Shown here: piece after piece, positions 27,655 to 37,908 of the stretch
Layout of the letters: the number at the start of each line of letters is the position of its first letter
Numbering within the stretch: position 1 is the first letter of the stretch
From: Thermoplasmata archaeon
GTDB taxonomy: Archaea > Thermoplasmatota > E2 > JACPAO01 > JAHFTW01
Assembly: GCA_034667725.1 (NCBI GenBank)
Contig: JAXDQS010000007.1
Coordinates: 1 to 57,133 of the forward strand
Direction of reading: 5' to 3'
Length of the DNA: 57,133 nucleotides
The notes under the pieces: generated by a model
The model's input: only the letters and a program-made list of their open reading frames with translations
What the model was told of the DNA's origin: nothing
Databases searched by the model: none
Made by a program: the position numbers and the translations under genes

Positions 27655-29134
27655 AATCAAACTGGCCGCGGCCGACCAGGTCGTCGAGGATGGCGCGGCG
27701 GCGCTCCAGCTCGTCGTAGACCTGGCGCGGGTCGTCGAGGCCGAGGCGGGGCGCCACCAGGTTCTCGAGGACGTAGGAGTTGTTGCGGCCGCTGAACTCG
27801 TGCTTGTCCTGGACCGGGTCCCAGCGGAACACCTGGCGCGTGACCGGGCTCTTGAGGCGGCGGGAGTAGCTCTCGATCTCCTCGATCTCGATGACACGGC
27901 GCAGGCGGCGGCCGCCGACGTGGACGGCGAGCTGCACCAGCACGACGTTGAGGTTGGGCATGAACTGGCCCGGGACGCTGATGGGCGCGCTTGTCATGCG
28001 CTGGATGAGCTTGCCGACGCTGGAGGCGTGGAAGGTCGCGTAGGTGGCGTAGCCGGTCTGCATCGCCTGGAACGCGACGGCGCCCTCCTGGCCGCGGATT
28101 TCGCCGACGATGATGCGGTCGGGGCGGCTGCGGAGGCCCACCTTCAGGAGGTCGCCCATGTCGACGCGGCTGCCGGCCTCGCTGGAGTCGCGGGTGACGA
28201 GCTGCTGCCAGTTGCCGTGCGGCGGGCGCACCTCGGGCGTGTCCTCGGCGGTGAGGATTTTGGCGTCCTTCGGGACGAACGGCAAGAGGCCGTTGAGGGT
28301 GGTGGTCTTGCCGCTCGCGGTCTCGCCGCTCACGAACACGCTCATGCCCTGCTCCATGCAGAGCCACAGGTAGGCGGCGATGGTGGTGTCGAACGTGCCC
28401 CACGCGATCAGTTGGGTGACGGCGGTGGGGATGTCGCTGAACTTGCGGATGGTGAAGCTCGAGCCGCCAACGCTCACGCCTTCGCTGTAGATGATGTTGA
28501 TGCGGCTGCCGTCGGCAAGCGCGCCGTCCACGATGGGGCGGGACTGGCTGACGGGGCGGCCCATGCCTTCGGCCAGGTCGGCCAGGAAGGCGTCGAGGCG
28601 GCGCACGTCGGGGAAGCGGATGTTGGAGCGGCAGGCGCCGAACACCTTGTGGACCGGCCACAAGTCGGTGACGCCCATGGCGTGGATGTCCTCGATCCAC
28701 GGGTCGCGGATGAGCGGCTCCAGCTCCTTGGCGCCGACGACGCGCTTGGCCGTGTGGTAGCGCACCGCCTGGCGGGTCGCCCCGGCCAGGCCGTTGGCAT
28801 CGAGGATCTGCTCCAGCATCGCGCCCAGCGCCTTCTCGAAGTCGCCGTGGCCTTCCGGCAGCGGCGCGCTGGTCACGCGCGCGAACACGGCGTCCTTGGC
28901 GGCCTGGACCTGCGCCTCCATCCCCTCGTCCAGCACCGGCTCCAGCGCGGTGTAGTTGGCGAACTGCGCGCCCTCCGTGATGTGGACCCAGATGTCGTCG
29001 TTGACGCGGTAGAGCAGGTTGTAGGGCCGCTTGTCCTTGGCGCCGCGGGTCAGCTTCTCCAGCATCTCGGGCTGCGGCTTGCCGGACTGGACGTGCCGCG
29101 CCACGTGGGCGGCGACGTGGGGCGGGACGTTCAG
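27602..29134 (-). CDS. arlI: archaellum ATPase ArlI, first copy (probable CTG start)
   Basis: LEPLIRDPWIEDI, PIVDGALADGSRINIIYS, Walker A GETASGKT, RSRPDRIIVGEIRG, NNSYVLE. Confidence 0.9.
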   Translation of the reverse strand: MNVPPHVAAHVARHVQSGKPQPEMLEKLTRGAKDKRPYNLLYRVNDDIWVHITEGAQFANYTALEPVLDEGMEAQVQAAKDAVFARVTSAPLPEGHGDFEKALGAMLEQILDANGLAGATRQAVRYHTAKRVVGAKELEPLIRDPWIEDIHAMGVTDLWPVHKVFGACRSNIRFPDVRRLDAFLADLAEGMGRPVSQSRPIVDGALADGSRINIIYSEGVSVGGSSFTIRKFSDIPTAVTQLIAWGTFDTTIAAYLWLCMEQGMSVFVSGETASGKTTTLNGLLPFVPKDAKILTAEDTPEVRPPHGNWQQLVTRDSSEAGSRVDMGDLLKVGLRSRPDRIIVGEIRGQEGAVAFQAMQTGYATYATFHASSVGKLIQRMTSAPISVPGQFMPNLNVVLVQLAVHVGGRRLRRVIEIEEIESYSRRLKSPVTRQVFRWDPVQDKHEFSGRNNSYVLENLVAPRLGLDDPRQVYDELERRRAILDDLVGRGQFDYQVTLDAIEAARRRPKT

Positions 29135-29862
29135 CCCACCACCGCCTTGATCTCGATGACGATGCCGACGCGGGGCTCGACGCGGAAACCGATGGTCTCC
29201 GAGTAGCGGCGCGCGGCGCGGCTCATGCGCTCGACCACGATGCGGCGGTTGGTGGCAGCACCCACGCGCTCCTTCTCGAGGCGGAGGAAGATGTCGGCCG
29301 CGACCGTGAACGGCTCCAGTGCGTGCGGGTCGGCCTGGGTCGGGTCCAAGGTCAGCACGATGGTCTTGCCGGCACCGGTGAGCCGCTTGAACAGGTGCAG
29401 CACGGCCTCGACGGTGTCCATCGCCGTGGCCATGTCCGGGTTCTCGGCCATGTGGTCGCCGACGATCTTGGAGAAGGTGTCGAACAGGATGACGTCGAGC
29501 TCGTAGAGGCGGCGGGCCTTCAGCAGCCGGGCGAGGCGGTCGCCGCGCGGGGAGCGCTCGCCGATGATGGGGTGGGTCGGCACGAACACGAAGCGCTCGG
29601 CGGGGATGGCGTCCCAGGCCTCGCCGTAGCCGAGGCTGTCCATCTGGTCGAGCATGCCGCGGGTGGTGAGCTCGGTCGAGACGTAGGCGACGCGGACGTT
29701 GCTGCGCAGCAGGCCTTGGGTGATGCGCTGGCACAGCACCGACTTGCCGGCGCCGACCGGGCCGTCGAGCACGATGAGCGCCCCCTTGGGCAGGCCGCCG
29801 CCGAGCCGGGTGGCAAGGTCGTCCTGCTTCAGGTCGAAGTGGTGGAAGGAGTCCTCGCCCAT
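29131..29862 (-). CDS. arlH: archaellum RecA/KaiC-like ATP-binding protein ArlH
   Basis: RLGGGLP, GPVGAGKS..QR, YVSTE, FRVEP..GI.IEI. Confidence 0.92.
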   Translation of the reverse strand: MGEDSFHHFDLKQDDLATRLGGGLPKGALIVLDGPVGAGKSVLCQRITQGLLRSNVRVAYVSTELTTRGMLDQMDSLGYGEAWDAIPAERFVFVPTHPIIGERSPRGDRLARLLKARRLYELDVILFDTFSKIVGDHMAENPDMATAMDTVEAVLHLFKRLTGAGKTIVLTLDPTQADPHALEPFTVAADIFLRLEKERVGAATNRRIVVERMSRAARRYSETIGFRVEPRVGIVIEIKAVVG

Positions 29863-29866
29863 GGTC

Positions 29867-30307
29867 TCACGCCGTCGAGAACTCCAGTTCGTCCATCGTG
29901 CTGGCGCCGGCCAGGACGACGACGCGGTGGTCGCTGCTGCCCGGGATGGTGAGGCCGGAGCTGGTGAAGGTGGCCAGCTCGCCGGGCTTCACCACGGTGT
30001 CCGCGACCCCGCCGACCGTCATCGTGAAGGTGCGCGGCACGCCGTCCACCAGGATCACGAACGACTCGCGGTTGACGTCCTGCGAGCCGGTGTTCTTGAG
30101 GTAGAGCAGCAGCGGGTTGACGTCGACGTCGCCCGGGTCGTTGACGATGGCGACGCGGGTCGTGTAGTCGCGTTCCAGGGAGGTGGTGCGGTCACGCAGC
30201 GACGACGTGTAGCCGGCCGCGACCGCGCCGAGGGCGGTGGCGACACCGGCGGCGGCCACGATGGCGCCGATGAAGATGATGATCTCCGCGGCCGACGAGG
30301 CTGCCAT
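29867..30307 (-). CDS. arlG: archaellum stator protein ArlG
   Basis: MAASSAAEIIIFIGAI, IVNDP, YLKNTG. Confidence 0.88.
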   Translation of the reverse strand: MAASSAAEIIIFIGAIVAAAGVATALGAVAAGYTSSLRDRTTSLERDYTTRVAIVNDPGDVDVNPLLLYLKNTGSQDVNRESFVILVDGVPRTFTMTVGGVADTVVKPGELATFTSSGLTIPGSSDHRVVVLAGASTMDELEFSTA

Positions 30308-30308
30308 G

Positions 30309-30728
30309 CTAGGCCCCCCAGTACGCCGCGGTGCCTTGGGTGGTCGAGACGCCGACGCGGTTCGGCAGGGCGCCGTTGTAGCGCATGGTCAGGTCGCTGG
30401 CGGGCGGCCACACGTCCGTGGTCTTACCATCGACCTGGCGGGTCACGCCGGTCGTCTTGGGCACGCCGTTGACGAGAAGGTCGACCTCGCTCACGTCGAG
30501 GGTGCTGGAGCCGGTGTTGGTGACGGTGACGGTGACGAAGGCGCCCTGGCGGTTGACGCTCACGATGCCGATGGTGGCGCCGATGCGGTCGCCGTCGAGC
30601 CGGGCGCTCTGGGCTTGCGCGTCCTGGAGGGTCGCCTGCGACTCGATGTAGCTGAAGGTGACCGCGAAGCCGGCGGCGGCGATGGCGAGCCCGACGACCC
30701 CGGTGGCGGCCACGACGCTGAACCCCAT
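30309..30728 (-). CDS. arlF: archaellum stator protein ArlF
   Basis: MGFSV N-terminal TM, VTNTGS, LLVNG, WPP. Confidence 0.88.
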   Translation of the reverse strand: MGFSVVAATGVVGLAIAAAGFAVTFSYIESQATLQDAQAQSARLDGDRIGATIGIVSVNRQGAFVTVTVTNTGSSTLDVSEVDLLVNGVPKTTGVTRQVDGKTTDVWPPASDLTMRYNGALPNRVGVSTTQGTAAYWGA

Positions 30729-31790
30729 CTACGGCTCCCCCAGGAGGGCGTCCAGCGTCTGCTGCAGGTACTGGGCCTCGCCGTGCTGGAGGGTTGCGCC
30801 GAAGATCTTGTCGAGGACGCGCAGGTTGCGCAGGTGGTTGGCGGCGAGGCGGCGGGCGTCCAGGCCGTAGTCCGCCCAGGTGGCGCCTTGCTTGCGGGTG
30901 GCAAGGCCGCGGGCCAGGCCTTCGAGCCAGTGGTGCTCGGCGGGGCCGAACCAGCCGGTCTCGCGGTAGTGGTCGAGGTAGCAGAAGATGACGCTCGGGT
31001 CGGTGCCCTCGGCCAGGTACGTGAACCAGTGGATGGCGAGGAAGGTCTCGCGCGGGCCGCCGACCGGGCGCACGACGCTGAACAGCCGGCCCTCCGCCGG
31101 GGCAGGCTCCGCCACGGGCATCGGCGCGGGCGCCGGCGGGGCGGGCGCCTCATCGTGCTCGTGGATCGGCTCCGGCTCGGGGACCGGGGCGGGGAGGCGA
31201 ACCGGCATCGGCTCGGCCTCCGGCAAGGGGAGAGCCTCGGCGGCCTCGGGAACGCGCTCCTCGGAGCGCACGCCCAGGCGGCGCATCAGCAGGTCCGCCG
31301 CGGTGTGGCGCTCCTCGGGCGAGGTCTCCTCCGCGGCAAGGAACGGGTTGTACTGCACCGAGATGATTTCCGACAGGTCCCGGAGGTCGTGCAGCTTGGC
31401 GAGCGCCGACTCTAGGCTCTGCATGCGCGCGTCCATGCCGCCCGCGGGCGGCGCGGCGGCGACTGCGGCGGTGGCAGGCGCCGGCGGCGCGGCAGCGGCC
31501 GGCGCGGCCGCCGGCTTCGCCGGGGCCGGCGCCGGAGCGGCGACAGGCGTGGCCGGCTCAGGGGCGGGGGGTTGCCGGGCCGCCTTGGCCTTGCGGCGGG
31601 GGCGGCGGGGTAGGGGGGCCGGGGCGGCCGGCGCGGCAGGAACGGGAGCCGGCGGTGGCGCCGCGGGCGGGGTCGGGGATGCGGGGCCGGGGACGCCTTC
31701 GGGCGGCGGGCCGCCCGCAGCGTCCTGCACCCTGGCAAGGAGGTCTGCAAGCCGGCCCTTCCGGGACCCCGCGTGGAAGCGGAAGGCCAT
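30729..31790 (-). CDS. ArlC/D/E-type protein with long Pro/Ala linker
   Basis: ISVQYNPF (ArlC-like) and C-terminal WFTYL...LDHYRETGW...H ArlD/E domain; position between arlB and arlF. Confidence 0.75.
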   Translation of the reverse strand: MAFRFHAGSRKGRLADLLARVQDAAGGPPPEGVPGPASPTPPAAPPPAPVPAAPAAPAPLPRRPRRKAKAARQPPAPEPATPVAAPAPAPAKPAAAPAAAAPPAPATAAVAAAPPAGGMDARMQSLESALAKLHDLRDLSEIISVQYNPFLAAEETSPEERHTAADLLMRRLGVRSEERVPEAAEALPLPEAEPMPVRLPAPVPEPEPIHEHDEAPAPPAPAPMPVAEPAPAEGRLFSVVRPVGGPRETFLAIHWFTYLAEGTDPSVIFCYLDHYRETGWFGPAEHHWLEGLARGLATRKQGATWADYGLDARRLAANHLRNLRVLDKIFGATLQHGEAQYLQQTLDALLGEP

Positions 31791-31871
31791 GGAGACACCT
31801 GGGTCGGGCTTGGAGTGAGATCGGAAGGGAGAGGAGGGGGAAGGAGGAGAAGGGCGATCCTTGGAGCCGGC

Positions 31872-32519
31872 TCAGAAGAGGCCGATCAGGAGGGAGTCGC
31901 CGAAGCCGTCGGGCGAGGTGAAGCTGACGACCGCGCTCGAGCCGTGGGCCGGGATCAGGCTCACGGTGACCTTGGTCGCCGTCTCGATGCCGCCCGCGAC
32001 GGGCAGGGCATTGGCGGGCGTGGCGGTGTCCGCCAGGCCGAGGTGGATCTGCACCAAGTCGCCGGCGGTCATCACGCCACAGTCCGTGGCGGAGCCGCGC
32101 AGCACATCGGTGGCGAACTCGGCGTCCTCGTCGGCGACCTCGCCGCCGGAGGCGCAGGAGACCAGCTGGACCTGTCCTTGCCCGTCATCCAGCAGGATGG
32201 CGAGCTTGCTCAGGTCCACGGGGTCGGCGCCGGCGGCAAGCTGGACCGTGAGGTCGAGCTGGTCGATCGGGTCGTTCGCGGCGTCGTCGCTGCGCAGTCC
32301 ATCGACCCGCATGACCGTCAAGGCGGAAGCCACGTTCTGGCTTGCCTCCGTGCCGGTCTGCTGGCTCTTGGACTGCAGTTTCTGGGCGGTGTTGATGAGG
32401 ACGCCGGCCGCGATGGCAGCGACCAGGATCGCGGCGATGAACACGATCATGGTGCCGATGCCGACCTCGGCCGCTTCATCCTTTGTCAGGTTGTGCGTTC
32501 TGCGGGTGCGGGAGTCCAT
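31872..32519 (-). CDS. arlB: archaellin
   Basis: Class III signal and N-helix VGIGTMIVFIAAILVAAIAAGVLINTAQKLQ; LAAGADPVDL. Confidence 0.93.
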   Translation of the reverse strand: MDSRTRRTHNLTKDEAAEVGIGTMIVFIAAILVAAIAAGVLINTAQKLQSKSQQTGTEASQNVASALTVMRVDGLRSDDAANDPIDQLDLTVQLAAGADPVDLSKLAILLDDGQGQVQLVSCASGGEVADEDAEFATDVLRGSATDCGVMTAGDLVQIHLGLADTATPANALPVAGGIETATKVTVSLIPAHGSSAVVSFTSPDGFGDSLLIGLF

Positions 32520-32638
32520 TGGACAATCACCTACCCCAGCATTGGCGCGCTGGGTAGTTCAAACGCCGAGAATCCGGGACAAGGGAAGAGTCCCCTGCTC
32601 GTAGGGAGTTAAGAGCATGGCCCCGGCATCCCTCCCCC

Positions 32639-33532
32639 ATGTCCGCGCGCCTGAACCCGCGTGCCGTCCTTGCGGTCTTCGTGGCCGCGGCCCTCGCACC
32701 CGCCGCCTCTGGAGCCAACTACGTGCCGGAATTCGTGATGGGCACCACGGTCCCCGCCTATGTGACGGGGGTTGCCGTGGGCGACCAGGTCACCTTGGCC
32801 ATGGCCGGCCTGTCCGCCAGCAAGACCGCCACCACCGCCACCGTCTCCCTGTCGCTTGCCGGCGTCCCGGCGGGCCTGCACGAATACACCTTGTCCATCC
32901 TGTCCAACGGCGTCACGACCTCCACCTCCGGCTTCGTGCTGGTCGAGACCCGCATGGAGGACGTCTACGGCTCCGTGCTGGGCCACAAGGAGGACGACCG
33001 CGCCGTCCAGGCCACCGAGAACGTCACCAAGGAGCTGCAGGCGATGGAGGCCCGCGTGCGCGCCAACGAAAACGCCACCCGCCTCCTGCTTGCGCAGGCC
33101 TGGGCCACCGAGAACGCCACCAAGGCCAGCCTTGCCGACCTCCCCGGCCAAGTGGCGGACGGCCTCGCCGGCGGCGTCAACGTCACCGTCGACGAGCGCG
33201 CCGACGCCCAAGTGCTCGCCCGCATGAACCAGCTCCAGGCCGGCAACGAGGCCGTCCAAGAGAGCGCCGCCGCCGCCCAGCAAGCCAGCAACTACGGCGT
33301 GTACGCCGTCGCCGCCCTCGCCGTGCTCGCGCTGGTCTTCGTCTGGATCCTGCTGCGCCAGGGCCGCCGCGCCCGCCGCGAGACCCTCGTCATGCTGATG
33401 CTGCTGGCCACCAAGGCCGGCATCACGCCCGGCTCGCCCGAGTTCCAGCACGCCATGGAGGCGTTCGACGGCAAGAAGCCGAAGAAGCTCAAGGGCAAGA
33501 AGGCGCTCGCGCTCGAGGCGAAGACCAACTAG
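32639..33532 (+). CDS. exported/membrane hypothetical protein with coiled coil, TM helix and Lys-rich tail; divergent from arlB
   Basis: Signal peptide, ENVT/ENAT repeats (N-glycosylation sequons), TM, KKPKKLKGKK. Confidence 0.7.
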   Translation: MSARLNPRAVLAVFVAAALAPAASGANYVPEFVMGTTVPAYVTGVAVGDQVTLAMAGLSASKTATTATVSLSLAGVPAGLHEYTLSILSNGVTTSTSGFVLVETRMEDVYGSVLGHKEDDRAVQATENVTKELQAMEARVRANENATRLLLAQAWATENATKASLADLPGQVADGLAGGVNVTVDERADAQVLARMNQLQAGNEAVQESAAAAQQASNYGVYAVAALAVLALVFVWILLRQGRRARRETLVMLMLLATKAGITPGSPEFQHAMEAFDGKKPKKLKGKKALALEAKTN

Positions 33533-33537
33533 CGCCC

Positions 33538-33623
33538 AACGGACCTGACAACGGACCTGACACAGATTCCCACAGATTGGTTTTGGAAACCTCTGTGGAA
33601 TCTGTGTCAGGCTGTGTTAGGCC
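33538..33623. repeat. palindromic element of the CACAGATTCCACAGA family between convergent genes
   Basis: cctgacacagattcccacaga...tctgtggaatctgtgtcagg (33556-33611), preceded by aacggacctgac x2. Confidence 0.8.
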
Positions 33624-33638
33624 GGATGAATTTGCGCC

Positions 33639-34901
33639 CTACCACACTTTGACGACTTTCGCGCCCATGTTCTCGATCAAGGCGTCGCCGAACTCGCTGC
33701 ACTTCAGCAGCGTGGCGCCGGGCATGAGGCGCTCGAAGTCGTAGGTGACGCGCTTCTGGGCGATGGTCTTCTCCAGGGAGGCCTCGATGAGGTCGGCGGC
33801 TTCCTTCCAGCCCATGTGGCGCAACATCATGACGCCGGACAGGATGACCGAGCCGGGGTTCACCTTGTCTTGGTTGGCGTACTTGGGCGCCGTGCCGTGG
33901 GTGGCCTCGAAAATGGCGTGGCCGGTGAGGTAGTTGATGTTGGCGCCGGGCGCGATGCCAATGCCGCCCACTTGGGCCGCGAGCGCGTCGGACAGGTAGT
34001 CGCCGTTGAGGTTCAGCGTCGCGATGACGTCGTACTCGCTCGGGCGGGTGAGGACCTGCTGGAGCATGGCGTCGGCGATGACGTCCTTGACGACGATGCC
34101 GCTCGGCAGGCGGACCCATGGGCCTTGGTCGATGACCTGGCCGCCGAACTCCTTCATGGCGACCTCGTAGCCCCAGTCGCGGAAGCCGCCCTCGGTGAAC
34201 TTCATGATGTTGCCCTTGTGGACGAGGGTGACCGACTTGCGCTTCTGGGCGATGGCGTAGGTGATGGCCGCGCGCACCAGGCGCTTGGAGCCCTCCTCGG
34301 ACACCGGCTTGATGCCGAGCGAGCTCGTCTCGGGGAAGCGAATCTTCTTGACGCCGAGCTCCTTCTCAAGGAAGTTGCGCAGCTTCTTGACCTCGTCCGA
34401 GCCGGCCTTGAACTCGATGCCGGCGTAGATGTCCTCGGTGTTCTCGCGGAACACCACCATGTCCACCTTGTGGGGCTCCTTGACGGGCGAGGGCACGCCT
34501 TCGTACCAGCGCACCGGGCGCAGGCAGGTGTAGAGGTCGAGCTGCTGGCGCAACGCGACGTTGAGGCTGCGGATGCCGCCGCCGACGGGGGTCTCGAGCG
34601 GGCCCTTGATGGCGACCTTGTACTGCGTGACGGCGTCCAAGGTGGCCTGCGGGAGCCAGTCGCCCATCTGCTGGTACGACTTCTGGCCGGCGAGGACCTC
34701 CATCCAGGCGATGCGGCGCTTGCCGGCGTAGGCCTGCTCGACGGCGGCGTCGAACACCCGCTTCGAGGCGCGCCAGATGTCGGGCCCGGTGCCGTCGCCT
34801 TCGATGAAGGGGAGGATGGGCGTGTCGGGCACGCTGAGCTTGCCGTCGGCGCCGACCGTGATCGGCTTGCCGTCCTTCGGGACCGTGGGGGCCCAGGCCA
34901 T
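33639..34901 (-). CDS. icd: NADP-dependent isocitrate dehydrogenase
   Basis: [61 protein letters not shown]. Confidence 0.97.
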   Translation of the reverse strand: MAWAPTVPKDGKPITVGADGKLSVPDTPILPFIEGDGTGPDIWRASKRVFDAAVEQAYAGKRRIAWMEVLAGQKSYQQMGDWLPQATLDAVTQYKVAIKGPLETPVGGGIRSLNVALRQQLDLYTCLRPVRWYEGVPSPVKEPHKVDMVVFRENTEDIYAGIEFKAGSDEVKKLRNFLEKELGVKKIRFPETSSLGIKPVSEEGSKRLVRAAITYAIAQKRKSVTLVHKGNIMKFTEGGFRDWGYEVAMKEFGGQVIDQGPWVRLPSGIVVKDVIADAMLQQVLTRPSEYDVIATLNLNGDYLSDALAAQVGGIGIAPGANINYLTGHAIFEATHGTAPKYANQDKVNPGSVILSGVMMLRHMGWKEAADLIEASLEKTIAQKRVTYDFERLMPGATLLKCSEFGDALIENMGAKVVKVW

Positions 34902-34951
34902 GGAACCGGCTGACTGAAGCCTGCTTATCAGCGTTGGGGACCGCGCCGTCA

Positions 34952-36103
34952 CTAGAGCGAGCCGTAGGCCGGGATGAGCGGCCCCAGCTCCAGGGTCAGC
35001 TTCCACTCCGTGCGGCACGGGCACTGGACGTCCTCCAGGCACTTGGCGAGCCACTTCTTGTCCTGGGTGGCCTTGTACTTCTTGAGGTAGCCCGCGACCG
35101 TCTCGTCGCACTTGCCGCAGTTGTGGGCGCCGCGGCTCTGGCCGGACGCGACCACGTCCGACTTGAGCATCCCGGCGAAGCCGGCGGCCTCGGCGGCGGT
35201 GCGGCCGTCCAGGAGCGCCTGCACGATGGTCCAGAGCCAAGGCGGGCGGTAGCTGCCGCGCTTGTAGAGCGCGTCCACGATGGTATTGCCTTGGACGTTG
35301 GTCGGGTTCAGGCTGACCATCTGGCTGTGCGGCGCCGCCTGGATGATGGTGTGGGTGGCGTCCACGAGGGCGTCCGACTCCTTCAGGAACGGCGGCTTGC
35401 ACATGAGGTAAGCCTTGACGGAGACGCCGTGGCGCTTGCACACCTCGGCGGCCTTGGGGAAGGTCTCGAAGCCGTGGCCCTTGTTGATGGAGTCCCGCAG
35501 CACGCGATGGTTGGCCGACTCGACGCCGATGCCCACCTCGAGCTTCTGGCAGATGCCGCCGAGCGGGGCGAGCGCCTCGTCGGTGACGAAGCCGGGCAGC
35601 GACTCGAACGCGACCTTCTTCGCCTTGCCGCCGATGGTCTCCAGGATGGCCTTCTGGGCGCCCGGCATGACCTCGAAGCGGTCGAGGAACGAGCCGGAGG
35701 TGTAGATCTTGACGAGCTCCTCGTTGTTGTAGCGGGTCCAGGCGCGCTGGAACTGGGCCACGAGCTGCTCCTCGGACACCTTGGTCCAGGCGGAGTCGTT
35801 GGCGTAGCCGCACATCGTGCAGCCGCCGGCGAGCGCCCAGGTGCAGCCACGGGTCTTGAGGATCACGACGAGGGCGCGGCACGGCTTGTTGTCGAGCACG
35901 TCCTCCTCGCTCCAGCACTTGGTGTACTCGGTGAGGTCGCCGGGCTCCCACCGCAGCGAGATGCGGCGGCGCAGCTCGCGCGCCTCGGCGTTGAGCTCCT
36001 TGTTGACGACGTTGTAGTCGATGAGCTTGAGCGCCGCGGGCTCCAGCGTGCTCTCCTTGCCGTCGGCCTGCGGGCGCAGCGCCACGGTCTCCGTCTCGGT
36101 CAT
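34952..36103 (-). CDS. raSEA: archaeosine biosynthesis radical SAM protein RaSEA
   Basis: TRGCTW...GCTMCGY (CX6CX2C), [34 protein letters not shown]; adjacent to arcS. Confidence 0.9.
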   Translation of the reverse strand: MTETETVALRPQADGKESTLEPAALKLIDYNVVNKELNAEARELRRRISLRWEPGDLTEYTKCWSEEDVLDNKPCRALVVILKTRGCTWALAGGCTMCGYANDSAWTKVSEEQLVAQFQRAWTRYNNEELVKIYTSGSFLDRFEVMPGAQKAILETIGGKAKKVAFESLPGFVTDEALAPLGGICQKLEVGIGVESANHRVLRDSINKGHGFETFPKAAEVCKRHGVSVKAYLMCKPPFLKESDALVDATHTIIQAAPHSQMVSLNPTNVQGNTIVDALYKRGSYRPPWLWTIVQALLDGRTAAEAAGFAGMLKSDVVASGQSRGAHNCGKCDETVAGYLKKYKATQDKKWLAKCLEDVQCPCRTEWKLTLELGPLIPAYGSL

Positions 36104-37872
36104 GCGGTCGCCTCCGCGTGGCGCAGGGTGACGGCCACACCGCGCTTGAGGTGGGTCATCTCCTCGGCCGACATCTGGGCGACCCCGCAGGCGCGGACCT
36201 TGCCGTCGCACAGCACGACGACCTCGTCGCCGGCGCGCACGTCGCCGTCGGCGCCCTTGACGCCGACCGCGAACAGGCTGCTGGTGCCGCGGATGGGGAA
36301 GTCCTGGATGTGGACACGCTTGGTGCCGGCCTCGGCGAGCGCCTTGGCGCCCTCGATGGTGAGCGACAGGACGCCGCGGCCCGGCGTCGTGGTGCCGAGC
36401 TGCACGCCGTCGGCGCGCACCAGCTTGACGTAGGGCATCCGGCCGTGCGCCTCGGCGCCGTCGGTGAGCGCCACGGCGACCTCGGGGCCGAACTGGAAGG
36501 TCGCAAGCGCGCGCAGGTCCTCCAGCTTGCGGGCGCGGCCGGCGAGGGCGGCGTCGATGGCGCCGACGATGGGCTTGAGGCGCTCCAGCTCGGTGGCGAG
36601 CCGGACGAGGTCCTCGGGGTCCGTCGGGTGCGTCATGCAGGTGTGGCGGACGTTCTCCTCGGGCAGCAGGTGGCGGATGACGTCGAAGGTGGCTTGGCTG
36701 GTGTGCACGACGACGTGGTCGTAGGTGTGCTTGTCCAGGAGCGCCGCGATCTGCTCCTTGACGATGGCCTCCTCGTCGCGCAGCCAGTGGCCGGTGACGG
36801 GGATGTCGTACTGGTTGGCCGGGTAGACCTCCTCGACGTCGCGGGGGACGAGGCCGAGTGGGCTGGTGACCATGACCTCGTGGACGAGGGGGCGGATGCC
36901 GGAGTCGTCGAGGACGCGGCCGAAGATGCGGTGGCTGCGGCTGGTCTTGTACGGCTTGCGGGCGCTGCACGGCATCAGCAGCAGCACCTTGGCGGTGCGG
37001 GGCGGCTGGTAGGCGTCGCGGAAGCGGCGGCGGAACGACTCGACCTCGGGCGACCAGAGCGACTCGCCGGTCATGGCGGGCAGCGGCACGTCGCGGTGGC
37101 GCGGGGTCGCGGCCTCGAGGTAGCCGTGCTCGCGGTCGAAGCGGCGCAGCAGCTCGACGCTGGCGGCGCGGGCGTAGCAGCGGCGCTCGACGAGGGCGCG
37201 CAGCGTGCCGCCCTCCATCGCGTTGCGGACGACGGCGAGCTCGCGCCGGGCCGCCTCCAGGTTGTGCGCGACCAGGGCGTCCTGGTCCCATGGCGTGCCG
37301 TCGCCGAGCACCTTCTCGGCCTCCTTGAGGGGCAGCACGCCGTCGATGGTGAGCGCCTCGCCGCGGGCGGCGGCCAAGAGGAGCGGGCTGGCGTCGAACA
37401 GGTCCACGCCGAGGTAGGCCCAAAGGGCGTAGTCTTGCGGGGTGCCGAGGGCGGGCGCCCACAGCAGGCGGCCGGGCCCGGCTTGGCGGCGGGCCTCCAT
37501 CAGGATGGGGACGAGCGAGCGGGGGTTGGAGGCCCAGCCGACGGCGTCATGCAGGACGGCAAGCTCCTCGCCGACCGAGAGAAGCTGGAGCTGGCTGGTC
37601 GGGCCCGGCATGACGGCGGGGACTTGCAGGCTGCCGGTGGCGCCGCTGGGGTGGAACCAGGTGCCTTCGGAGACCAGTTCGATGCGGCCGGCCGCGTCGC
37701 CCAAGGGCTTGGTGGTGAGGACGGCCTGCGCCCACGCGGGCGCCGGGGCGAACGTCGTGTCAGGCCACAGCAGGCCGGGGGTCTGCATGGCGGCCTTGCC
37801 CTGGGCGGGGACCCATTGGCAGGAGCGGCCCCTCCCGTCTGCGACCTTGACTTCCAGCATGAACTGGCCCAC
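36100..37872 (-). CDS. arcS: archaeosine synthase alpha subunit ArcS
   Basis: [49 protein letters not shown]-terminal PUA domain. Confidence 0.92.
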   Translation of the reverse strand: MGQFMLEVKVADGRGRSCQWVPAQGKAAMQTPGLLWPDTTFAPAPAWAQAVLTTKPLGDAAGRIELVSEGTWFHPSGATGSLQVPAVMPGPTSQLQLLSVGEELAVLHDAVGWASNPRSLVPILMEARRQAGPGRLLWAPALGTPQDYALWAYLGVDLFDASPLLLAAARGEALTIDGVLPLKEAEKVLGDGTPWDQDALVAHNLEAARRELAVVRNAMEGGTLRALVERRCYARAASVELLRRFDREHGYLEAATPRHRDVPLPAMTGESLWSPEVESFRRRFRDAYQPPRTAKVLLLMPCSARKPYKTSRSHRIFGRVLDDSGIRPLVHEVMVTSPLGLVPRDVEEVYPANQYDIPVTGHWLRDEEAIVKEQIAALLDKHTYDHVVVHTSQATFDVIRHLLPEENVRHTCMTHPTDPEDLVRLATELERLKPIVGAIDAALAGRARKLEDLRALATFQFGPEVAVALTDGAEAHGRMPYVKLVRADGVQLGTTTPGRGVLSLTIEGAKALAEAGTKRVHIQDFPIRGTSSLFAVGVKGADGDVRAGDEVVVLCDGKVRACGVAQMSAEEMTHLKRGVAVTLRHAEATA

Positions 37873-37908
37873 TCGTCCCCCCCTTAGAAGCTTGGGGTGA
37901 GGGACCCG

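Noticed and set aside
33639-36140. 833-aa IDH fusion (likewise 836-aa RaSEA, 841-aa phosphoesterase, 773-aa SdhB and 710-aa ArlI extensions)
   Set aside because: Extensions overlap upstream genes in another frame; homology starts at internal start codons.
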